A DNA stretch of 56,642 nt, the filler included, from Stramenopiles sp. TOSAG23-3 (lineage: Eukaryota): assembly GCA_900128585.1 (NCBI GenBank). It is 6 parts of 6 records of this genome, joined end to end, with 100 filler letters (N's around TTAATTAATTAA, not from the genome) between each part and the next. Parts side by side here need not be neighbours in the genome. Positions count along the whole stretch, not along the records: positions 1 to 16,871 come from LT642473.1; positions 16,972 to 33,821 come from LT642474.1; 4 more parts are not named here. One strand, 5' to 3'. Every line of letters begins with the position of its first letter. Position 1 is the stretch's first letter. Below are positions 11,549 to 21,276 of the stretch, piece after piece. A program made the position numbers and the translations under genes. The notes beneath the pieces were generated by a model, which was given only the letters and a program-made list of their open reading frames with translations, was not told the origin of the DNA and ran no database searches.

Positions 11549-11802
11549 GAAAGATTTTTTTGGTTTACCCGTAGACTCCAGCACGTTCACAACCTGGCGC
11601 GCTCGAAATTGCCGAACACTGGGGCAGCTCTTGCGAGCAGTGCTAAATTTACCGGCAGCCACCTACTAAAAGTAAGTCCTTAAATTTTTTACGGAGAGAC
11701 GGAGAGGGTGATTTTTTAACCTAAGAGTCGTACCCGCTTTGTTAAGAATTCTTATAATAAGAGGTTACATTTTGTACAATCTCGCATTTATGTAAAGAGG
11801 GT

Positions 11803-14800
11803 TCAAGAAATAACACACTCTGCGTCTTTTTCAGCCTGCTTACGAATCTGACGGCTCTGCTCTTCGAACCGCATGGCATTCAGCATCATTTTGCTGGTTG
11901 CTTCTTGAAGCTCGTTAATTTTCTCCCCTCTTTCCTCTACCTTTCTTAAATTTTGGGCCATAACATTCTGTGTGTCATTTATGGTACTTTTGGTCTGTTT
12001 GCTTACACTCCCCAAATCATCAGGGACGGCACTAAGATCGTCTGGAATTGACCCTAACAGCTCTGACACGGATGCATCTTGCCGTACTTTTTTTGCACTC
12101 ATGGAAAAAACTTTGTTTAAATCGACGGGGGCTTTTGCCCCTCCAAACATCGTCCCGAACACCGACCTCTTTGGGCCTCGCTTTTTGCTCGCTGCTACTT
12201 TTTGTGCCGTCGATAGACTACTGTTTCCAGCATCGGGAACGACCAACGTGGGCCCGTTCCCATTGCCTAGCGTTGGTGTTGATGTCAATGCGAGCCGATG
12301 GACAACAGAGAGTTCAGTCACTAGAAAAACATCTCCAGAGTCCAATATTGAAACATGACGTAAGTAATCGCTCATTCCTACGGTCGGCAAACGCTCTGTT
12401 GCTACCACATTTAGCCGCGGCAACGACAAGATGGTTGCAGCGTTCATGGTGTCAACAGAAATAAGACATCGACAAGACGCTATTTTTCCGTCCTTTTTTC
12501 TGCTCACTACGACTGAAGCCCCGGACGCAACGCTGGTGCCATCTAAAGCAGCATGGGCCAATGGTTTGTTTTTTGCAACTAGAATCCCGTTGCCACCTTT
12601 GCTGCCAGTTTTCAAAGGGTGAACTCGGACGTCATGACCAGCAACAATAACGACAAATCTCTCCAGAAATTGCTTTTTGACCGCTGCTGGGCGTTCGGTA
12701 GCAGGTTTGTTCGGCGCAGGGTTAGTTTTTGAGTCCCCCTTCGCCCCGTCGTCGCCTTCGGCGGGCGCTGCGTCCTCTGTAGTATCGGCTGTGGCTCCAC
12801 TCGACGTATCGGAAGTTTCTGGTTTCGCCTCATCTGCCAGTGCCTCTGTAGAAGCGTCCCCAGCCTGAGCTTTTTCCGACAACCGTTTGAACAATTTTGG
12901 CCGAGATGGGGACGGCGCCAAACCCCTCGCATCTACTACCAGCATGTTTGTTATGGGATCACTGTGCTCCCCCCCGGAAATAACGTACCCTGCCGCGGCA
13001 TTTGTTAGCCTAGCGACCGTTACGTTACCGTTGGACATCCCGAGAACTGCACATGGGGTTGTGGTGCCGTTTTCTTCCGGAAGCATGGCGGTTTCTACGG
13101 CACGTATCGGCCCATCATTCCGATACGATTGTTTTCCGAACGTAAGGCCTCGTTGCTCGGGAATGTTGATGTCCCGAACCTCGCCCGTGTCTACGTCCAG
13201 GACACTACATTTGCCACTACTGTCTGCGATAGCCAAAAGGCCAGTTACCCCCTGCAAGGAAATACCAATGATGCGAGAAGTATGGACGTTTTGAATACAA
13301 TGCATCAAGAACACGGATGATCCCGAATCACCCGAGCTCTCACTTTCGCCATCCTGCGACCGCCCCCCCGGCCGCACTGCACATATGAGAACGTCGCCAC
13401 TTTCGGTCCCCACGCACAAAACTCGTGCAGCTAAGTGTAATTCTATGCAGGTAATGGCAGGCCTTTTCGGTGGTTTGTAACCGTCGGCTTCGCAGAGCAG
13501 TCTCGGCTCAAATTCGTACACCAAATCTAAGGATGAATTTACCGCTCCTTCTTCTTCTAACTCCACACTGACCCCATCGGTGGGGGCAGCCGCTGCCCAC
13601 AGACAAACGGTCCCGTCGATATGGCCAGACGCTACCAGCGACCGCCGACCAGACTCGCCGTTGTCGGGCTTGCCCCCGGAGATAGGGTGCGCCCAGCCCA
13701 TTGGGTACCGGGCTCTGGTTCGTGTGGCTTTTATAGCTTTCAGGACAGAATCTGGGCAGAGGCCAAAATCCTTGATTAAAACTACCATCGTACGGCGTAA
13801 CGGCGAAGGAAAATGCATAATTTGCGGCGTTGGCTCCGGGGGATCGTTCGCGATCGGCGGCCACATCGCAAGGGCGTTACCAATCTCACTGGGAAGTGCT
13901 TGGACGTATAGCCTCGGGTGGATGCCATCCTGGGGGTCTCCAGAGAGAGCGATGTAGCCCGACGGGTGGCGCGGAGTCCCGGGGGTCAGCCCGTCGTGGT
14001 CGCGTGGCTGGGGGTATGTGACTAACAATTGCATAATTGGGCTGGAGTCCCATGTTGGCATCAGCATGCTGGATACGGGACCATCTCCTGTCATGGGTAG
14101 GGCGACGTCACCAACGATCCATTCCTGCGCTGAGGCTGCTTTCTTGTGCATAGGGTTCTGCCACAAAATAGTAACCCCGCATGTCTCGTGACCCCCGCTG
14201 ACAATTATGTGGCCTGGGCCATTCTTCCCCTTCATGTCCGACGCCCAGACGACGGACAACAACTGCTTAGGCATGGCGATCGAGTCGTAATGTATGGGCT
14301 GAATCTTCCCACTGGCTTTGTGGTTCGTGTCGTATACCACAACGGCACCGTTTGTGTACCCAGCAACAAATTGACGTCCATAGGGGTGCCAAGACACCGA
14401 CGCCAAGGATGGCAATTGGACCCCATGAAAACTTCCTCTTCGCCCCCCACGTTTGCTGCTGTTGGATCCTAGATACACCTCTTTCGGGCACGCAAACCTC
14501 TTCTCAGACCTCCGCTTGGTCAAATTCCACAGTGCAATCCCCGAAAACTCATGAGCAACCAGGACCTCGTTCGCATCGTTCGGGTTTGACGCAATCGCAA
14601 CCACTTCGTCGTCGTTGTCCTCGTCGTCAGTCTCAACCCCAAACATCTCCGCGTCAATGACATACTCTGCAAACTCCATCTTCATCAAGTGGAGAACATG
14701 TAAGCTGCCTTCGTCCGTCCCCAGGTAGAGAAAAGGGGCCGACGCGCTTTTCGGGCACAGGTGGATCGACGAAACCATTGCCCCTGTCCACCCCGGCTTC

Positions 14801-15165
14801 AGGGTGGCCCGGATGCGCTGGTTCTTTACGTCAAGCAAACGGATTGTTGTGTTTGCGTGAACTGCTATCAATGTGCTCCCGGAGTGAGAAAAGACCATGT
14901 GCGTCACTGCGGACTTATAGTCCGGGCAGACAAAGGTGCTTTCCACGCCGTGCGTTCCAAATACCTTTACTATGCCTGTGTCCGTTCCGAGCGCCAGCAG
15001 GCCCTGCGGCGCTGAGTACGCAATTGAACGAGCCCCATGCGGCAGCCCATGGTGACCTACCTGCCGCACAAAGAAATCCGTAGCTGAAACAGGTTCGCTA
15101 CTCGCATTGCCACCGGAGGCACCAGGCTGCCCCCCCCCTTCTCCACGCTGGTTCTTGTTCCCCAT
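11803..15165 (-). CDS. Tomosyn/Lgl (STXBP5-like) WD40 protein with a C-terminal R-SNARE motif
   Basis: The N-terminus HHGLP..IAYSAPQGLLALGTDTGIVKVFG..GVE and SGHIDGTVCLW match the family. The R-SNARE coil is NVMAQNLRKVEERGEKINELQEATSKM. The protein ends in CVIS. Confidence 0.9.
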   Translation of the reverse strand: MGNKNQRGEGGGQPGASGGNASSEPVSATDFFVRQVGHHGLPHGARSIAYSAPQGLLALGTDTGIVKVFGTHGVESTFVCPDYKSAVTHMVFSHSGSTLIAVHANTTIRLLDVKNQRIRATLKPGWTGAMVSSIHLCPKSASAPFLYLGTDEGSLHVLHLMKMEFAEYVIDAEMFGVETDDEDNDDEVVAIASNPNDANEVLVAHEFSGIALWNLTKRRSEKRFACPKEVYLGSNSSKRGGRRGSFHGVQLPSLASVSWHPYGRQFVAGYTNGAVVVYDTNHKASGKIQPIHYDSIAMPKQLLSVVWASDMKGKNGPGHIIVSGGHETCGVTILWQNPMHKKAASAQEWIVGDVALPMTGDGPVSSMLMPTWDSSPIMQLLVTYPQPRDHDGLTPGTPRHPSGYIALSGDPQDGIHPRLYVQALPSEIGNALAMWPPIANDPPEPTPQIMHFPSPLRRTMVVLIKDFGLCPDSVLKAIKATRTRARYPMGWAHPISGGKPDNGESGRRSLVASGHIDGTVCLWAAAAPTDGVSVELEEEGAVNSSLDLVYEFEPRLLCEADGYKPPKRPAITCIELHLAARVLCVGTESGDVLICAVRPGGRSQDGESESSGDSGSSVFLMHCIQNVHTSRIIGISLQGVTGLLAIADSSGKCSVLDVDTGEVRDINIPEQRGLTFGKQSYRNDGPIRAVETAMLPEENGTTTPCAVLGMSNGNVTVARLTNAAAGYVISGGEHSDPITNMLVVDARGLAPSPSRPKLFKRLSEKAQAGDASTEALADEAKPETSDTSSGATADTTEDAAPAEGDDGAKGDSKTNPAPNKPATERPAAVKKQFLERFVVIVAGHDVRVHPLKTGSKGGNGILVAKNKPLAHAALDGTSVASGASVVVSRKKDGKIASCRCLISVDTMNAATILSLPRLNVVATERLPTVGMSDYLRHVSILDSGDVFLVTELSVVHRLALTSTPTLGNGNGPTLVVPDAGNSSLSTAQKVAASKKRGPKRSVFGTMFGGAKAPVDLNKVFSMSAKKVRQDASVSELLGSIPDDLSAVPDDLGSVSKQTKSTINDTQNVMAQNLRKVEERGEKINELQEATSKMMLNAMRFEEQSRQIRKQAEKDAECVIS

Positions 15166-15811
15166 TGTTTAAGTGACACGCGTGACAAACTACCAACAAC
15201 CAACAACCCCGAGCGTCCGTTTCTCAGTCTCCTCCTCCTCCCAATGTGTTTGGTCGATATCTCTCTCGTCTCAGTGTCAGTTTGTAATTTTCCAAAAACT
15301 TAACGTGACTAAAGAAACAAAGAAAGGTGTAAAGAGAAAGAAATGAAATTCCCTCAAAAAACTGATTTTCCATTCCATAGATTTGTTGTCATCTCATCCC
15401 GTTTTCTTTCTTTCTACTTGGTCGTTTAGTTTGTCATAATAATACTAATCATCTCATCAACACGAGAAAAAAAAGAAAAAAAAAAAAAAGAAAAATTATT
15501 TATAATAAATAATAAATTATTATATTCTTCTCTATTATTTCTTATAAGCTGTATAGTATCCTCATGTATTTAATAATTAAGGGATTGCTTTATTTATTAT
15601 TACAGGATAAATATGTATGACTTTATGATAACTATAATCAAAATGTAGATATATATAATATAAAGAATTTTAGCTAAAACCATCATACTAATTATAATAT
15701 ATTACCTTACTTATAGTATTATAATGAAAGCAAGGAGCAAGGAGGATGGACGGAGTGAAGGCTGAAGAAGAAGAAGAAGAAGAAGAAAACAATACATCAT
15801 GGATGTAATAA

Positions 15812-15876
15812 NNNNNNNNNNNNNNNNNNNNNNNNNNNNNNNNNNNNNNNNNNNNNNNNNNNNNNNNNNNNNNNNN
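15812..15876. other. Scaffold gap (N run)
   Basis: N run without the linker motif. Confidence 0.95.
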
Positions 15877-16054
15877 TTATTATTAATTAATTATTTTAAG
15901 AACGTTTTTCAAAACTAATTCAAAAGTAGAAATTACAAATCACAAATATCACCAATTCTTAAATTAAAGAATGACGAAAGAGTAAAGTAAACAAGAAACA
16001 GTCCTTTCTTTACACTATTTTTTAAAATGCATAACACATAGGTTGCAAGTTGAC

Positions 16055-16871
16055 ATGGTTTCTATAGCAAAAGAAGAGTTATTACCTCTTACGTTGAAGG
16101 CGAAGCTGAATGGCGGGGTGGTGTTCGGAACGTGTATCATATCAACGTCGCCACACTTTTTGAGGCCAACGCAAGCAAGTGGTGTTGATTTTGTATTTTT
16201 AGACACCGAGCATATTAGTATAGAACGAGAAAAATTAAGTTGGTTGTGCCAATCGTACGGCGCGTTGGGAATGACGCCGATTGTCCGTGTTCCCGAACCT
16301 GACCCTTACAAAGTGTGTTGTGCACTAGATGGCGGGGCTGTTGGCATTGTAGCCCCGTACATTGAAACGGTCGCAGAGGTGAAAGCGTTGATTGGGGCCG
16401 TCAAATTGCGTCCATTCAAAGGCGACAAGTTGGAGAAAATATTGCAAGCATTGAACCCTTCTCAAGGACCGGAATCCCTGTACGAGACAGTGAAGTCTAT
16501 TCATGGCCAAGCCGTTGCTGATTTTATGAAACAGAAAAACGGCAACACGTTGCTCTTTATAAATATAGAAAGCCAGAAAGCGATTGATAATATGGACGAT
16601 TTGGTTGGGTTGCCTGGGGTAGATGGTGTTTTTATTGGGCCCGCAGATCTGAGCGTCCAGTTGGGTGTCCCACGCCAGTGGGAAAATCCTTTGCTGTTGG
16701 ACACGATCGCATCGATTATCGAGCGGACTCGCTCGCTTAAGAAGCATATTGGCTGTCATTGGGGATTTGTAAACGCTAAAAAGAACCAAGTGAAATGGGT
16801 TTTGGAGCACGGTGCAGACATAGTGATCCATGCCAGTGATCTAGTGTTATACGCAAACGCGTTGAGCGCAG
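16055..16871 (+). CDS. HpcH/HpaI aldolase/citrate lyase family protein, 3'-truncated by the contig end
   Basis: DFVFLDTEH, PIVRVP, ALDGGAVGIVAPYIET, INIES and DGVFIGPADLSVQLG. Confidence 0.9.
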
Positions 16872-16971
16872 NNNNNNNNNNNNNNNNNNNNNNNNNNNNN
16901 NNNNNNNNNNNNNNNTTAATTAATTAANNNNNNNNNNNNNNNNNNNNNNNNNNNNNNNNNNNNNNNNNNNN
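16872..16971. other. Artificial contig linker (44N-TTAATTAATTAA-44N)
   Basis: An identical 100-nt structure occurs at five sites. The 12-mer places stop codons in all six frames. Confidence 0.95.
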
Positions 16972-17042
16972 GTAATTGACAGAGTGGTTCACGTAATTCT
17001 TAAGTGTTTTGTGCAACCCCGCCCATGTCCCGTTTGTCTTTC

Positions 17043-18841
17043 TCAAAGAATCCCTAATTTCACAAGTTCCTGGTGCTCCCTCCACACTTCCCGTTCCAGC
17101 TCGCTGAGATTCATTGGATCGCCAGTTTGTACGAACGGGGCAGTCTCTCCTTCTTCCGAAGCTCCACCATCGCCGGTGCTGTAGAGCGGAACCCCGGCAG
17201 ACGACAGGTTGGCCCTCTTTCTCTCTTCGGAATGACGTTTTAGGTCCGTTGCGGGGGATACCCCTGCGGCTGCGGCCACCAGTGCGCTTATGGACGCAGC
17301 AGCACTTTCCAGCCCCGCAGTTCCTACCGACACGTTCGAAGAATTCAGGGGATCGTCCTCCACAGACAGGTTTGAAGAATTAATAAGGTCACAGTCTACT
17401 TCGTCTACGTCTAAGGCGGCAGTTTCTTCATTCCAAGGAACGCCGCCGAGCTCTTCGGAGGGGCCTGCCCCCGGTGCTTTTGCAGGGGACGGAACGGGCA
17501 AGGCTTCCCTTTCTTCCGCCTCTGCACCCCACCAGTCCCCCCCCTGCTTCTTTTCGTTCTCGCTGCCGGCGCCTTCCACTGCTTCCTGCTCTACGCTGAC
17601 AAATCTCACCGATGGCACCGTCGTGTGCAAACTTTTCCCGTCCGTATCATTAGTTGGAAGCATTGTCACTGCCATCGCTTGCACTTCCGCTTCCTCTAGC
17701 AGCGTGTGCGGGGACACGAGCCCCAAGTCTCTTCTCATGATACTACTTTTTGCTTTGGCAAGTTTGACAGTGGACGGGGGGGACAGGGGCCGAAACGTTG
17801 GTGGCTCGGGGGACTTTGCAATCACGCTTCTATCAGGAATTTGTACATCATTTGCTATCGAATCTCTTTCTTGGATGCTGCGCGCATCGCCAGACCCTGC
17901 GTCCTCTGCCGCCCCCCCCCCACCGTATCTGCCTGCATCGACCCGTCAGCTTCCAGCAAGTACACATCGTCCACGGGCAAAGGGTCCCGTTTCTCCTCTT
18001 CTTCCGGGTGCGGCCTGTCGCCAAAGCGTTGCCCGGTGCTGCGTTTCATTAGAGAGTCTGCCCTGGACCTCGCGTTGGCCGCCTCCAGTGGATGATGCTG
18101 CACTATCGGTGCGACTGTGTAGCCGCTCTTTCTCCCCATCCCGATGCTGATCGAACTGCCACCTTCGCTGTCCTCGATGCCTCCCTTGATGCTCTCACGA
18201 AACGTCCGCTCCTCCATGCACACCGAGGGGTTGGAGCTCTCCCTCGACAACTTTTCGCGCATCGCTATGTTTTTTTGCGCATTGTGCTTCATAACGCTAG
18301 CCCGCTGCTTCGGGGAGACCACTATTATGCGCCTTGCTGGAGCTTCGGCAGATTCCAGGCTGTGGTGCATGGAGTGGTTTAGCGCTCGTGGGACGGTATG
18401 GTACAGCTTTACTTTTTCGTCTTTCATCAGGTTGTACAGCCTTGCCGCCGCCTCGTTCGTTGCGTAAGGCCCACTCGGGTCAATTTTAAAGTTCTTGTTC
18501 ACTTGAATTTTTCCAACAATGCCTTTTGGTTTCGTTCGAACGTTCTTCAACACGATGCCTGTCCGTAGGGCAACTTTTCCCGTGCGGGCAAGGAGCTCGG
18601 CCCTGGTGTTCTGGACGCGGGCCTCCAACTCGTTTATCCACTGTCTGCGCCGGCTCATCACTTCCGTGTCGTGGATGACAGAGAAGCGCTTATTGTCTTG
18701 CACCCGTTGCTCTGCGGTTGCTTCAGACATGGACGCGACCAAAAAGTCTTTCACATGATTCTTCTTCATCGTCGATGCCACGGAGACACCACTGAACGTG
18801 CTCGACTGGCTTGCGCTCGATAGCGAACGAGGGGCCAACAT
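17043..18841 (-). CDS. Hypothetical low-complexity protein; single frameshift in the C10 run at 17912-17921
   Basis: ORFs 17855-18916 and 17043-17825 join into one frame (…ADTVGGGAAEDAGSGDARSIQERD…) if the homopolymer length is corrected. GC content is coding-like throughout. Confidence 0.6.
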
Positions 18842-19942
18842 GGACGCCAATTTCAAATACAACAAACGACGCTGAACAAACAACTTATAGGACACTAACA
18901 GTAACCGTTCGCTCAACGATGATAATTAATTCAATACATAGATACGTGCAACTGATAAAATATTCAGAACACATTTAAAACTGTAAAATGGAATTTCTCT
19001 ACCTACTAAAATGACAACAACAAACACTTTCTCGATATATTTTTCTGATCATGCATGCCATTGCATAATACGGCCGGCGCGACCGATCGACGCCGACGAC
19101 GAATGACGATTATTATTATTATTTTCTCAAGCAATGGAATGCTGTATTCATGTTAAAGTAACTTATTTTTTTATTTATTATTATATTATTATTTTTTTGT
19201 TTTTTAATAAAAAAAAAATAATAAATTCAACAAAAAAAAAAGAAAATAATAAATAACGGTTCTTCAGTTAAACCAATGGTGTGTTCCTGGTACAGGTACC
19301 AGGTACGGTTCCCACGGTACTAATGGTATATAATAATATATTGTTTTTTTATAAATAATTATTATTTATTTTCTCTATTATTTATTATTGCTTTATTTTC
19401 TTCTTCTATCTCTTCTTCTTTCCTTCTTCTTCTTCTTTTTTTTTTAATTCTTCTTTTCTTCTTTTCTTCTTTATTATTATTAATTCTTCTTCATTCTTCT
19501 CTCCTCCTATTATTTATAGCTTATATAATTAAATAAGAAAGAGGAAAAAACACCACCTCCTCTTCTGATGAATATATTAATTTTATTATCAAAAAATAAT
19601 AATATTTTAGTCGTCTAAAATAAGAACGAAAGAAGAATATTTCTACGTTTATACATATTATACTTTTGCTTTCGTTGAGTCAAATATGAATTTAAATGTA
19701 TATATGTATATGTAAATAAATTGGGTGTATATCAATTCATGCTGACATATACCCTACTGTTGCATAACCAGCACACTTTTAAATTGTTGTTTAAAACTGT
19801 ATGTGATTGTGCATTATTTGTTTTGTTTGAATCGTTCGACCGTTTTCATTTTCTTCTTGTTGGACGTGGCTTCCTAGAGTTCTTGTTTTGTGGTTGTGTA
19901 ATTTTATATTCAGCAAGGGATCGGAAATAAAATTTGGTCAGC

Positions 19943-20596
19943 ATGGCAACTACGGTAACGTTCGTGCGTCACGGCCGGACGGGGTTCAACAAAGAACATC
20001 GGTACCAAGGCTGGTTGGATTTAGAAGGTTGCCAGCTGCTTCAGGAGGGTGTGAACCAGGCAAGGGCGTTGGGGGCAAGGTGGAAGCAGTACGACGAAAA
20101 GTATGACGTCGTTTACAGCAGCGACCTTGGGCGAGCTCTGATGACAGCACAGCTGGTATCCGAACCGATAGGGCATGAGCACAGTTCCATCAGAATTGAA
20201 ACGCGGCTTCGGGAGCGCAATTTCGGAAGGCTTCAGGGAATGACGGGCCAAGAGATTCAACAGACTCGCCCCAACGTCTGGACGAGGATGAAGAACTTCG
20301 ACCCGTCGTGGAAACCGGAGGGGGGCGAGTCGATGCACGATGTAACGGAGAGGGCGTGGGACGCCGTGCTGGACATTGTCCAAAAGAATCGTGGCCGCAG
20401 AATCCTGATCGTAAGCCACGGTGGGACCATCAGCATGATAGTGCGCCAAGTGCTAGGATTGCCGTGGGCCGGGGTATTAAACTTTCGAATAAAAAACACG
20501 AGCATTACCACCGTTCAGTTCGACGAAGACGACCGTCCGATGCTCGAATGCTTGGGTGACGATAACCACGTGAAAATGGCCCACAAGATGCGATAA
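19943..20596 (+). CDS. Histidine phosphatase / phosphoglycerate mutase family protein (GpmB/CobC-like)
   Basis: FVRHG, YSSDLGRA..TA, LRERNFG, PEGGES and IVSHGG. Confidence 0.92.
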   Translation: MATTVTFVRHGRTGFNKEHRYQGWLDLEGCQLLQEGVNQARALGARWKQYDEKYDVVYSSDLGRALMTAQLVSEPIGHEHSSIRIETRLRERNFGRLQGMTGQEIQQTRPNVWTRMKNFDPSWKPEGGESMHDVTERAWDAVLDIVQKNRGRRILIVSHGGTISMIVRQVLGLPWAGVLNFRIKNTSITTVQFDEDDRPMLECLGDDNHVKMAHKMR

Positions 20597-20843
20597 AAAC
20601 AAATCTATGCTGTGTATATATTACTTTATAACATTAAGGAATATATATAAATACTAAAATTTTATAGATTCGCGAATATTGTTTTTTTATAACTTTATAT
20701 ATAATCTCAATTTACATCAAAAAGTTATTATTATTATTAATCCCATAATTAAATAACATTTCCCTTAATTATTAAACTTTTATATTAAATGAAACGATTA
20801 TTCTATTTTCGACACACCACCTTCCTTCCTAAGTCTATTCTTC

Positions 20844-20844
<1 letters not shown>

Positions 20845-20914
<70 letters not shown>

Positions 20915-20916
20915 TC
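20845..20916. repeat. (TTTC)n microsatellite
   Basis: About 18 perfect units. Confidence 0.95.
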
Positions 20917-21276
20917 ACCGGTACCAGGTACCTGATATTAATATAATACCGGTACCAGGTACCGGTAGAGAGAGCAAGAAGCGTCGTCGTAAAAATTAAT
21001 AACAATTGTTTTGAAAACTTAAACGAATAAATATGAGATAAAAAATATGTTCATCTAACAGAGAGAAAGAAAGAATTAATGTCACAATTTATTGGTATGA
21101 TCGAGATTATTATTATGGAATTTAATTAGTGTACGAGGTATTATTTACAGTTTGAAAAGAGATTACAATAGGAGAGACGTTTGGAATTGTTCATTTCATC
21201 TTCATAGGTTGTATTGGATTCCATTTCATTTCACTTCATTGCGGTTGCGTGCGTGGAAAATTACTCGTCGTAAGCC

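Noticed and set aside
17905-17925. Frameshift as possible programmed recoding
   Set aside because: It falls in a C10 homopolymer, so a sequencing or assembly indel is the simpler explanation.
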